From: an uncultured virus (IMG/VR IMGVR_UViG_3300042558_001076)
Taxonomy: Duplodnaviria; Heunggongvirae; Uroviricota; Caudoviricetes
DNA: 64,000 nt
Reading direction: 5' to 3' (one strand)
Virus record (IMG/VR): IMGVR_UViG_3300042558_001076
Part shown: positions 1 through 9,891 of the stretch, in pieces
How the letters are laid out: every line of letters starts with the position of its first letter
Numbering within the stretch: position 1 is the first letter of the stretch
Made by a program: the position numbers and the translations under genes
The notes under the pieces: model-generated
What the model was told of the DNA's origin: nothing
Seen by the model: the letters and a program-made list of their open reading frames with translations, nothing else
Database searches by the model: none

Positions 1-20
1 GGTAGAACAAGAGAATAGAT

Positions 21-776
21 ATGAATATAAACCAATTAAATGCTATAGTTGACCAAGCAGATAATAACCCAAGAGGACTTGTCAGTTGGATAGGTGCAAA
101 TGGGTTAAAAATGCTACAACAGTCAATCATCTCTACTCTTCGTGAGAGAGGGATTGTTACTGTTCCTAATACTACAGTATTACAATCACAAACATTTAAC
201 AATACTCCTGTATGTTATGTTATAGGTGGTGGGTTTTTTAGATGGAACGCTACTGGGACACCAAATGGAACTACTATATTTCCTGCGGCAGATGGTGGTG
301 TATGGACATCGGAGTCTATGTCAAATGTAGGTAACTTACAACAAGTAACCAATAATGGTAATAGTACTACAAATGATATTATAGCAGCAAAGCTAATAGC
401 AAACGACGAGGTAATGTCTGAGTTGTTTACTGTTGAGAACTCTGGTTCTATTGTTTTTGATACTGGTACTTATTCTATTAATGTGTATGCTGAGACAGCT
501 ACATCTGGTAGAAACATAAGAATACCAAATGAGAGTGGTACATTAGCTACAAGGGAATGGGTACAATCCCACCCAGTTAATAACCCAACTTACATTTACA
601 CTCAAACAACTCCTAGTTCTACTTGGACTATAACTCATAACTTAAACTCTTTTCCTTCTGTTACTACAGTTGATATTTCAAACGTACAGATAGTAGGAGA
701 TTTATCATATACAAACGTAAACCAATTAATTGTAAACTTTAGCGCGCCAGTAGATGGCAAAGCATATTTAAACTAA
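21..776 (+). CDS. tail fibre adaptor/structural protein
   Basis: N-terminal ~95 aa paralogous to ORFs 7978 and 8416; LQQVTNNGN motif; C-terminal TWTITHNL domain shared with ORF 782; lies in tail module. Confidence 0.6.
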   Translation: MNINQLNAIVDQADNNPRGLVSWIGANGLKMLQQSIISTLRERGIVTVPNTTVLQSQTFNNTPVCYVIGGGFFRWNATGTPNGTTIFPAADGGVWTSESMSNVGNLQQVTNNGNSTTNDIIAAKLIANDEVMSELFTVENSGSIVFDTGTYSINVYAETATSGRNIRIPNESGTLATREWVQSHPVNNPTYIYTQTTPSSTWTITHNLNSFPSVTTVDISNVQIVGDLSYTNVNQLIVNFSAPVDGKAYLN

Positions 777-781
777 AAATT

Positions 782-1993
782 ATGTCATACAAATTTCTCA
801 CCAACGTCGATTTGACACAGAACCAATTACTCAATGTAGTAATTGAAAAACAATCAACGCCACCTTTAAGCCCTGTAAGTGGCCAGTTGTATTATAACAC
901 TTCAAGTAACTTGTTGTTTATGTACAACGGTTCTACTTGGATTGATATCGCATCAGGCGACATTACCGCAGTAAATGCTGGTACTGGTCTTTCTGGTGGT
1001 GGTACATCTGGTGCTGTTACTTTAAACTTTAACCCAGATAATACTACTATTGAAGTAGATGGTAGTAATAACGTACGCATTAAAGACTTAGGGGTTACTA
1101 CTGCTAAGTTGAATACAGATGCTGTAACTACTATTAAAATCTTAGATAAGAATGTTACATTTGCTAAGATACAAGATGTTCCTACTTTAACGGTAATTGG
1201 TAACTTATCTGGTTCTACTGGTACTCCTTCAAATGTATCTGTAGTTACTGACTTTACCAATCCTTTAAATACTAATATTCCTACTACTCTTGCAGTTAAA
1301 AACTATGTTGATACAACTGTAGGTAGCTTAGGTAACTTAGAAGGTGGATATGATGCAACAAATGCTACCTTACCTGTTGGTGCTGGTGGTACTAAGAAAG
1401 GTGACTATTGGTATGTAACTGTAGCTGGTACACCAAGTGGTGTTTCTCCTTCTGTTACGTTAGCAGTTGGTGATGTTATTATTGCAAACCAAGATAACGC
1501 ATCTACTACTAACTCTAGCGAATGGATATTCTTAGAAACTAACCAACAACAAGCTACTACTACTATTGTAGGTATTACTCGTTATGCTACTGGTGTTGAG
1601 ACTCAAGGTCAAACATTAAGTACTGCTGCTGTAACTCCTCAAGGTTTAGCTTCTGTAGTTGCTACAGAGACAAGTCAAGGTCTTGCAGAAATTGCTACCC
1701 AAGCAGAAACTAATACTGGGCTAGATGATACAAGAATAGTTACTCCTTTAAAGTTAGCTACTTATGTTGCTGCTACAGTTGGAGCTTTCTATGCTTTAGT
1801 AGGTGATGGTACAAATACAACTTTTACCGTTACCCACAACTTAAACTCAGCTCGAGTATTGATTCAGTTATATGATTACGCTTCAGGCGCACAGGTTATG
1901 ACAGATTTAGCTATTGTAAATGCAAATCAAATATCTGTAAGCTTTAGTGTAGCTCCATCAACTAATCAATATTTAGTAGTAATACAAAAATAA
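782..1993 (+). CDS. tail fibre protein
   Basis: Thr/Gly/Val-rich; GDITAVNAGTGLSGGG and ATQAET..G..DTRIVTP fibre repeats; C-terminal FTVTHNL domain. Confidence 0.7.
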   Translation: MSYKFLTNVDLTQNQLLNVVIEKQSTPPLSPVSGQLYYNTSSNLLFMYNGSTWIDIASGDITAVNAGTGLSGGGTSGAVTLNFNPDNTTIEVDGSNNVRIKDLGVTTAKLNTDAVTTIKILDKNVTFAKIQDVPTLTVIGNLSGSTGTPSNVSVVTDFTNPLNTNIPTTLAVKNYVDTTVGSLGNLEGGYDATNATLPVGAGGTKKGDYWYVTVAGTPSGVSPSVTLAVGDVIIANQDNASTTNSSEWIFLETNQQQATTTIVGITRYATGVETQGQTLSTAAVTPQGLASVVATETSQGLAEIATQAETNTGLDDTRIVTPLKLATYVAATVGAFYALVGDGTNTTFTVTHNLNSARVLIQLYDYASGAQVMTDLAIVNANQISVSFSVAPSTNQYLVVIQK

Positions 1994-1998
1994 ACTTA

Positions 1999-4900
1999 AT
2001 GTCATATAAATTTTTAAGTACAATATTAGGCATTGATGCCAACTTTACTGGTAACTTAGGGGTAGGAACAACTACCCCTACTAATAGATTAGACGTTATT
2101 GGTACTTCATACTTTTCAACAGATATGTATGTTGGACAAAACCACGGTATATTCTTTAATGGTAATGGTGGTTATGCAATGGGTCTGTTTAGTTCTGGCT
2201 CTGATTTGCTTTTCCAAGCAGGTGGCGCTGAAAAAATGCGACTTACAAGCTCTGGCAATGTAGGTATAGGGACAACAATTCCAGTTTCTAAATTACACAT
2301 ATCAGGAACAGGAACAAGTGCTTGGTTAACAATAGAAAGAACAGATAGTAATACTAACATTATAGACTTTACACAATCTGGAACTAGATTGGGTTATATT
2401 GGATATATATCAAATGAGTTATTAATTAACAATGTTAATTCTTCAAGTACTGTATTTACTACATTTAGCTTAGAAAGAATGAGACTTTCAGCTGCTGGTA
2501 ATTTACTTATTGGTTCTTCTACAGATGCTGGATATAAATTAGATGTTATTGGTAGCGGTAGGGTTTTTAATAGTATGTATGTTGCAAGTAGTGCATATCC
2601 TGGTTCGTATTATACTTCATTAAGGTCTGACGCTTCAGCTAATGGTATATTACAATTTGGTAATAATAACATAAATTATATATTAGCAGGTAACACATTT
2701 CCAGGTGGGTTTTTAGTATTCAAAGTTAATGTATCTGATGAAACATTGACATCAGGAACTGAAGCTATGCGTATTACTTCTGCTGCTAATATAGGTATAG
2801 GAACAACAAATCCTGTATCTAAATTACAAGTAGATAAATCATCTCAAAGTTATAGTTCTACTACTCCATCAGGAGCTGTTGTTCTTTCTAACTTATCAGG
2901 TGGTGATGGCATACTTGATATAGGTGTAGACAGTACATATTTAGGATATATCCAATCAAGAAACATATCTAATACAACTTATTATAATTTATTATTAAAT
3001 CCATTAGGTGGTAATGTAGGTATAGGCACAACAAATCCTCAAGGAAATTTAGATATATATCAGCCTTCTAATCCTTCATTATTTATTAGAGATAATTCAT
3101 CTATAATAAGATTATTGCCTTTTGGAGGTATTACATATTTTCAAACTGCACAAGCTTTATCATCTGGTTCAACAACAGATTTGTATTTTACTGGTATGTA
3201 TGGCACTCCTGTTAATATGGTTATTAGAGGGAATGGTAATGTACTAATTGGCACTACTACAGATGCAGGTTTTAAACTAGACGTTAATGGTAATGGTAGA
3301 TTTAATGGCGCAGTAATTACAACAAGTGCTGTAACTACAAATCAAACAGGTGGTCAATTTGCATATCAAGGTTCAAGCGTTACACAGGTAGGAGCTTGGG
3401 GTGCAAACTCATCTACAAGAGGTATATTAAGTTTTTATTTAACTGACTCAAATGGTACTATAGGTAATGAGTATGCTCGTTTAACAGACTCATCATATTA
3501 TGTTATACCTACAACTACATTAAATTCTTTATCTGGTTCTGGTACTCGTATGGTAGTAGCAGATGGTTCAGGTACATTATCTACTCAATCTATACCTACT
3601 GGTACAGTTACAGGTTCTGGTACTACTAACTATGTATCTAAATGGTCAAGTAGTTCTAGTTTGACTAATAGTTTGTTATATGATAATGGAACTAATGTAG
3701 GTATAGGTACGTCAAGCCCTGCATATCTTCTTGATGTAGCAGGAGCAAGTCGTTCAGATTTGCACATATTCCGTTCTAATCAATCTGCACCTACTGCTGA
3801 TGCGTTTATATTTAGACCTACTAATAATACTATTGCGTTAGGAACTGCTAATACTGAGCGTATGCGTATTGACGCTGCTGGCAATGTAGGTATAGGAACA
3901 AACAATCCAACTACTTCGTTAGACATTAATGGAAGTGCAGGTATTACATATAGCAACTATTTATATTTTGGTCATAATACTTCAACTATTGGTTCTTGGC
4001 AAACAAGAACATATGCAAATGGTGGCTATCAATATTACAATGCTTATGGATTTATATTCAATAATACAGGATATGGTTCATTAAATTTTATGACCATTAA
4101 TGGAGGTTCTGGTAACATATTAATTAATACAACAGTAGATAATGGAACTAAATTAAATGTTAATGGATTAACTCAATCTAATAGCTATATAGATTCAAGC
4201 AATACAAGAATCACTAGCCCAGAAGGTGGAGCATATACAAGTTACGGTAATACTACTGGTGCTATTAAAATTAAGCTTCCAGTCGCTACATATAATAGCT
4301 CTACAATGATGTATTTTACAGTTAAAATATATCAATACTATACAGGGTTATCTTATGAATTACAGATAGGTGGTTACAATTATAGTGGAGGAGATTGGTA
4401 CAATGTATTTGCTACTAACCTTACTGATGCAGGAAATCAATTAAGAGTAAGATGGGGTAATGATGGTTCGTCTAATTGTGTATGGATTGGAGAAACAACT
4501 GATACTTGGTATTATCCTCAAATAGGAGTTACAGATATCCAAGTTGGGTTTAATTACACAAAAGACTTTGCTACTGGCTGGCAAGTATCATTGGTAAACT
4601 CTTTTGATACGGTACAAGTACAAAGATATGCAGCTCAAGTTATTACTTCTAATAGTATATCTTCATATGGTATAACAGGTAGTGGTACTACTAATTATAT
4701 CCCTAAGTTTACTGGTTCTACTACTATCGGTAGTAGTATTATATCTGAAGGCAGTAATCTTATAAATGTTGCAGGAAAAATTTCAGCAACAGGTTTGGAT
4801 TATAGTACAATAGCTGTACAAAGTGGTTCTGCTCAATTAAAATTAGAAAGAACTGCTACAAGTGCAGGTTATATGTATATTGGTGCAGACGATAGTGGAT

Positions 4901-7569
4901 TTAAAGTATTTGATTCGTCATTTACTCCTCGTTTTATAGTTACATCAGGTGGAAACGTAGGTATAGGTACAACAAGCCCTACAGCAAAATTAGATGTATA
5001 TAGAGGATTACAATCAGATACTATAACTAGAGCTAATGCAGCTGCTTATTTTTGGGGTTCTGATATAGGTTTAGCTATAGGACAATATGCATCAGGTCCC
5101 TATGGAACTTGGTTGCAATCTTTAAAATATGATAATAATGCTGCTTTCCCTCTTTCATTAAATCCATCTGGAGGGAATGTTGGTATAGGAACTTCAAATC
5201 CATTTGAAAAGTTACAAATAACAGATGGTGATATTTCTATAAGAAGCACAACAAATGCTGGAACTTGGGGTTCATTAAGATTTGGAACTACAGATGGTGC
5301 ATATGCTAATGCTTGGGCAGGTTTAGAATCAGACGGACAAGGCATTGGAATAAATGTAGCTAATCTTAAGTTTTATACGTCATATGGTTCAATATCTGAA
5401 AGAATGCGTATAACACCTACTGGTAATATACTTATAGGTACTACTACAGATTCTGGAGAAAAATTACAAGTAAATGGTCAAGGTACAATTAGTGGTTCTT
5501 TAACTATAGGTATGACTCCTTCTCCTTTTTGGAATGCTAAATTTAAAGATTATGCAGATGGAAGTGGTATATATATAGGTTCTATCCAAGCAGGTGGTTC
5601 TAAGTATATTGCTGGTGAATCTTATTACAATAATTCTGGATATTGGTATAGTGATAAAACTACTGCTACTAATATTAATTTAGATGGAGGTGTAATGAGA
5701 TTTTATACCGACAGCGGTTTAACGCCAAATACAAATTTTATTCCTACAGAAAGAATGCGTATAACTACGAGTGGTAATGTAGGTATAGGTGCTTCAGGCG
5801 GATTTAATGCAGTATCAGGAACAGAAACTACTTTGAGTATTGCAAATAGTAATATAGCTTCTATATATTTAAATTCTACATCTACAGGAAACAAATATGC
5901 AATATATAGTTCAGCTGGTGGTACTTTACAAATTAATAATATAACACAAGGAACGTATCCATTTGCTGTAGCAAATTCTGGAAATGTACTTATAAATACC
6001 ACTACAGACGCTGGTTACAAATTAGATGTTAATGGTGCTGATGCTAGATTATATAGTGCAGGTCAAGCGGTATACACTATAGAAAGAGGGGGAAGTGGTT
6101 ATGCGACTGCTATTAACTATAGAGAAGGTTTTAACACATATTGGTATTCTGGTATGCTTGGTGGTAGTTATAATTATCACATTTATGATTCTAATTATGG
6201 TATTAATAAATTAAGTATAACTCAAGGTTCATCTTGGGGTGTAGGAATTGGTACAACAAGTCCTAATGGACAATTAGAAGTATTTACCTCTAATTATCAA
6301 AGATTTTCTGTAAGTTATCCTTCTACATATGTAACTAATTTAGGCATTGGTGGTCAAGCGTCAATTCAACAAGATGCTGGTAATGAAATCCTTTCTATAA
6401 CACAAAATTATGGGGGAGGTAAAATAACATTTAATGCAGGTGGTGGAGTTGAGCGTATGCGTATCAACTCTAATGGCAATGTAGGCATAGGAACAGCAAG
6501 CGCTGTAGGTAGATTAACAGTTAAAGAAGTATCTACTTCTTGGGAATTAAATACAGATGCAGATTATGTTTATCAGTTAGCATTTAATAGAGATACAAGT
6601 GCTTATAAAATATTTCAATTTAGAGGAAGTGCATTTACTTTTGCTCCTTATGATGTAGAAAAAGTTAGAATAGCAGGAACTGGTAATGTACTAATAGGTA
6701 CATCAACAGACGCTGGGTACAAATTAGATGTTAATGGAACAGTTAGATTTACAAGTGGTGCTAATAGTGTTGCATTTTTTGACTATTATTCTTGGGCTAT
6801 AAATGCATTAAAAAGCGATTTATCTTCTGGTACATCATTAGCTTACTTACTAGGAAAAGCTAATTCCAATAACAATAGTGCAACAATTATATACAATCAT
6901 TCATCTGATTTTAGTTCTAGCAATTATTTAGGTTTAGGTTTCTATGGTAATGATAATCTATTAAAGGTATATGCTTCAGGTAATGTTCAAGCTAATACAT
7001 TAGCTGGTTCTGGAACTAGAATGGTGGTAGCAGATAGCGCAGGTACTTTATCAACCCAAGCAATACCATCACCTACAACTAAATCATTTGGTGCTTTCCA
7101 AGAAGATACAACTCAAACAGCTGCTTCTAGCAATACAGGCTATGGGGTTAAGTTTACGACACCAGATATTAGTGGTCACGGAATAAGTGTAGTAGCTGAC
7201 CCATTTGGAGACCGTACTTATATCTTAATGAGCAATGGTGGTTTCTATAATATCCAATTCAGCTTACAATTGCAAAATACAGACGGACAAATAAAAGATG
7301 TTACAATTTGGTTAAGAAAGAATGGTAATACTACTTCTGATGACATTCCTGCAACAGCTGGTTTTGTATCAGTACCTAACTCTCACGGAGGTACACCAGG
7401 TACAATCATAGCAGCTTGGAATTACTTTGTAGAAGCAGCACCAGGAGATTTTTATCAATTGGTATGGTCAACTTCAGACCACACAAGAGTATCAATAGAA
7501 TACTATCCAGCAGGTTCTCCACCACCAAGTGCAGCATCAGCTATATTAACAGTAAATCAAGTAGATTAA
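1999..7569 (+). CDS. long tail fibre / receptor-binding protein
   Basis: 1856 aa with many ERMRI..GNVGIGTT and TDAGYKLDVNG repeats typical of Bacteroidetes phage fibres. Confidence 0.85.
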   Translation: MSYKFLSTILGIDANFTGNLGVGTTTPTNRLDVIGTSYFSTDMYVGQNHGIFFNGNGGYAMGLFSSGSDLLFQAGGAEKMRLTSSGNVGIGTTIPVSKLHISGTGTSAWLTIERTDSNTNIIDFTQSGTRLGYIGYISNELLINNVNSSSTVFTTFSLERMRLSAAGNLLIGSSTDAGYKLDVIGSGRVFNSMYVASSAYPGSYYTSLRSDASANGILQFGNNNINYILAGNTFPGGFLVFKVNVSDETLTSGTEAMRITSAANIGIGTTNPVSKLQVDKSSQSYSSTTPSGAVVLSNLSGGDGILDIGVDSTYLGYIQSRNISNTTYYNLLLNPLGGNVGIGTTNPQGNLDIYQPSNPSLFIRDNSSIIRLLPFGGITYFQTAQALSSGSTTDLYFTGMYGTPVNMVIRGNGNVLIGTTTDAGFKLDVNGNGRFNGAVITTSAVTTNQTGGQFAYQGSSVTQVGAWGANSSTRGILSFYLTDSNGTIGNEYARLTDSSYYVIPTTTLNSLSGSGTRMVVADGSGTLSTQSIPTGTVTGSGTTNYVSKWSSSSSLTNSLLYDNGTNVGIGTSSPAYLLDVAGASRSDLHIFRSNQSAPTADAFIFRPTNNTIALGTANTERMRIDAAGNVGIGTNNPTTSLDINGSAGITYSNYLYFGHNTSTIGSWQTRTYANGGYQYYNAYGFIFNNTGYGSLNFMTINGGSGNILINTTVDNGTKLNVNGLTQSNSYIDSSNTRITSPEGGAYTSYGNTTGAIKIKLPVATYNSSTMMYFTVKIYQYYTGLSYELQIGGYNYSGGDWYNVFATNLTDAGNQLRVRWGNDGSSNCVWIGETTDTWYYPQIGVTDIQVGFNYTKDFATGWQVSLVNSFDTVQVQRYAAQVITSNSISSYGITGSGTTNYIPKFTGSTTIGSSIISEGSNLINVAGKISATGLDYSTIAVQSGSAQLKLERTATSAGYMYIGADDSGFKVFDSSFTPRFIVTSGGNVGIGTTSPTAKLDVYRGLQSDTITRANAAAYFWGSDIGLAIGQYASGPYGTWLQSLKYDNNAAFPLSLNPSGGNVGIGTSNPFEKLQITDGDISIRSTTNAGTWGSLRFGTTDGAYANAWAGLESDGQGIGINVANLKFYTSYGSISERMRITPTGNILIGTTTDSGEKLQVNGQGTISGSLTIGMTPSPFWNAKFKDYADGSGIYIGSIQAGGSKYIAGESYYNNSGYWYSDKTTATNINLDGGVMRFYTDSGLTPNTNFIPTERMRITTSGNVGIGASGGFNAVSGTETTLSIANSNIASIYLNSTSTGNKYAIYSSAGGTLQINNITQGTYPFAVANSGNVLINTTTDAGYKLDVNGADARLYSAGQAVYTIERGGSGYATAINYREGFNTYWYSGMLGGSYNYHIYDSNYGINKLSITQGSSWGVGIGTTSPNGQLEVFTSNYQRFSVSYPSTYVTNLGIGGQASIQQDAGNEILSITQNYGGGKITFNAGGGVERMRINSNGNVGIGTASAVGRLTVKEVSTSWELNTDADYVYQLAFNRDTSAYKIFQFRGSAFTFAPYDVEKVRIAGTGNVLIGTSTDAGYKLDVNGTVRFTSGANSVAFFDYYSWAINALKSDLSSGTSLAYLLGKANSNNNSATIIYNHSSDFSSSNYLGLGFYGNDNLLKVYASGNVQANTLAGSGTRMVVADSAGTLSTQAIPSPTTKSFGAFQEDTTQTAASSNTGYGVKFTTPDISGHGISVVADPFGDRTYILMSNGGFYNIQFSLQLQNTDGQIKDVTIWLRKNGNTTSDDIPATAGFVSVPNSHGGTPGTIIAAWNYFVEAAPGDFYQLVWSTSDHTRVSIEYYPAGSPPPSAASAILTVNQVD

Positions 7570-7592
7570 TAAACCCTTAAAATCAAATAAAA

Positions 7593-7922
7593 ATGCAAAA
7601 AGCAATCGAGCCAGTAGCAATCTGGACAAACGGACAAACAGACGAAGCAGTAGTATTAAACTTAATCTCTGTAAATGACAACTTAGAAAACTCTGCAACA
7701 TTCTATTACAGCTTGTTAGGAGCAGCACCAGTAACCACTCCAGTTGAAGGAGCTACTGACCCTACTCCAACTCCTGCAATGGGTGGTGCAACTTTAACCC
7801 AAGGTAACTTAACTTTAGGTCCTGACCAATACCCAGAATGGGACGGAAGCAACGCTTGGATTCTTGATTGGGCTGCTGTTCAATTAAATTTAACCTTTGT
7901 TCCAGGAGCTGAAGTTATCTAA
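7593..7922 (+). CDS. small fibre-associated protein (possible fibre chaperone)
   Basis: intact ORF directly after the fibre gene; A-rich leader. Confidence 0.45.
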   Translation: MQKAIEPVAIWTNGQTDEAVVLNLISVNDNLENSATFYYSLLGAAPVTTPVEGATDPTPTPAMGGATLTQGNLTLGPDQYPEWDGSNAWILDWAAVQLNLTFVPGAEVI

Positions 7923-7948
7923 GTAAAGCGTATTATATAGGTAATATA

Positions 7949-7960
7949 AACGTATTATAT
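7949..7960 (+). promoter_or_regulatory. phage late promoter motif AACGTATTATAT
   Basis: exact motif upstream of ORF 7978; near-copy AGCGTATTATAT at 7927-7938. Confidence 0.65.
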
Positions 7961-7977
7961 ACTAAATAATAGGAATA

Positions 7978-8409
7978 ATGACAATTCTAACTTTACTTAA
8001 TAAAATCTTTAATGCCGACCAGACACCTAGCAATACGGTGTCTTGGTCTGGTACTAATGGGTTGAAAGACATACAAGACGACATTGCTGAAGAACTTCGT
8101 GCTCGTGGTATGGTTGTAGTACCTACTACTATAGCTTTAAGTGCACAAGGCAAGAACAACTCTCAAAGCGCATTAGTTTTGGGTGTTGGACTTTACACTT
8201 GGCAAGCTACAGGGCCAGCTAATGGCGATTTAATTGTAGCTGCTAACGATGGTGGGTTTTGGTATCTACAAGCTACAAATGGTTATATCCCAACTGTAAC
8301 AACTACTCCTGCTGCAAAATCAAATGGGGTTGTCTTGTTTTACCAAGGTGGCTCATTGAAATATGTAAAGCCAGATGCTTCTGTAAAAACTATAACTGTA
8401 ACACCTTAA
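7978..8409 (+). CDS. tail structural protein, paralogue of the N-terminal domain of ORF 21
   Basis: shared VSW.G.NGLK..Q..I...LR.RG and AA.DGG.W motifs. Confidence 0.6.
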   Translation: MTILTLLNKIFNADQTPSNTVSWSGTNGLKDIQDDIAEELRARGMVVVPTTIALSAQGKNNSQSALVLGVGLYTWQATGPANGDLIVAANDGGFWYLQATNGYIPTVTTTPAAKSNGVVLFYQGGSLKYVKPDASVKTITVTP

Positions 8410-8415
8410 TAAAAT

Positions 8416-9879
8416 ATGGCAACTTTAGATACTTTAAGTAATTTAATTACTAACGCAAAACAAACTCCTTCTGGTAAAGTAGAATGGACTGATACCTCAT
8501 TGAAAGGTATTCAAGATGAAGTTAAACTTTTGTTCTCTCAAAATGGAGCACAAGTAACTGAAAATACAGGAACATTAAGTGTTCTAAACAATGAAAGCTC
8601 TCAATTAGCTATTGTAACAGAAGATGCTACAGTTGCTAATAATGGTCTTTACTTTTGGAACTTAACTCCAGTATCAGCTATTTTCTTTCCAGCAGGTAGC
8701 AATGGATATTGGAACATATTAGAGTTTGGTGTATTAACTGCAATTGCTGCAGGATATTTTCCATATAGTGATGGTTCTAACTTTATTCAAAGTTTATTAC
8801 AACAAACTACTAATGAAATTAAAATGGTAGGTGGTAGCTTTGTTGCAAACAACTCTACTTCTTCTGGTCCATATTTCCAATGTGGTGATACTGACTCTGT
8901 AGGTAACGATGTTATATTTACTGTAGATGATAAAGTTCAAACGGTTTCTACTAAGAAAGGAGCAGCTAACAAAGGTATTAGATTAGACCTTAATGGGAAC
9001 ATTCATCTTGTTGGAGATTTAGATACAAGAAAACAACTTTCTATTGATGGTAATAACTCAGTATATGCATTAGGTGATGCAATTGCAACTAAAGGTCTTC
9101 GTATTGATACGGTAGCGCCAACTTACAAATTAGGTAATTACAGTACAAATGTAGGTCTTATATTAGCAGATACAACTGGTTATTTAGGAAGCTCAACAGT
9201 TAAGTTTGACTATACAGCAACTTCTTTATTTGCAGGGTTTACGTCTAACTCTTCAGGTATGACATTAACTTCATCTGCAATTGGTAGATTTGGTACTAAT
9301 GAAATGCAATTGAGTTACAACAATACTACTAAAATTATATTTTTAGGTGATGCTTCTTTCCCAAGAGGTTTAAGTATTAACTCTGCGTCAAATGGTATTT
9401 TCTTAGGAGATGCAACATACGATAGAGGATTAACTTTATTTCCATCAACTGGTATTAGTATATTAGGTGGTGCTACTAACCATAGATTATTAAAAATTGA
9501 CATCATAAACGAGACTTTCTTTATGGGCAATGACACAAATAATTTTGGTTTAAAAATAGATTTATTAAATCAAGTTTATACTTTAAGCGAAAGTGCAGGT
9601 GCTGGTTTAATTATGAATACATCTAATGACGCTTACAGATTAGGTAGTACAAACTATGGTGTTGATATTAATGAAACTAATGGAACATATAAACTAGGTG
9701 GTTATAACCCAGGTGTAGCTAAGGCAATTGGTGTTCATAATGCAAATAATCCTGACCCTGAATTTTATGTTGACGATGCATTAATTGATGGTACGCCAGC
9801 AAATACTCCATCTAATCAAAAAATAAGAGTTTATATACCAGGTTTAGGTATTAAATACTTGCAATTATTTGACAACTAA
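8416..9879 (+). CDS. tail spike/fibre protein
   Basis: N-terminal anchor domain like ORFs 21 and 7978, followed by repeated G.L.ID......LGD beta-repeats. Confidence 0.6.
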   Translation: MATLDTLSNLITNAKQTPSGKVEWTDTSLKGIQDEVKLLFSQNGAQVTENTGTLSVLNNESSQLAIVTEDATVANNGLYFWNLTPVSAIFFPAGSNGYWNILEFGVLTAIAAGYFPYSDGSNFIQSLLQQTTNEIKMVGGSFVANNSTSSGPYFQCGDTDSVGNDVIFTVDDKVQTVSTKKGAANKGIRLDLNGNIHLVGDLDTRKQLSIDGNNSVYALGDAIATKGLRIDTVAPTYKLGNYSTNVGLILADTTGYLGSSTVKFDYTATSLFAGFTSNSSGMTLTSSAIGRFGTNEMQLSYNNTTKIIFLGDASFPRGLSINSASNGIFLGDATYDRGLTLFPSTGISILGGATNHRLLKIDIINETFFMGNDTNNFGLKIDLLNQVYTLSESAGAGLIMNTSNDAYRLGSTNYGVDINETNGTYKLGGYNPGVAKAIGVHNANNPDPEFYVDDALIDGTPANTPSNQKIRVYIPGLGIKYLQLFDN

Positions 9880-9891
9880 TAAAGCTTTTTA

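Noticed and set aside
1999..7569. Diversity-generating retroelement target
   Set aside because: No reverse transcriptase or adenine-specific template/variable repeat pair seen
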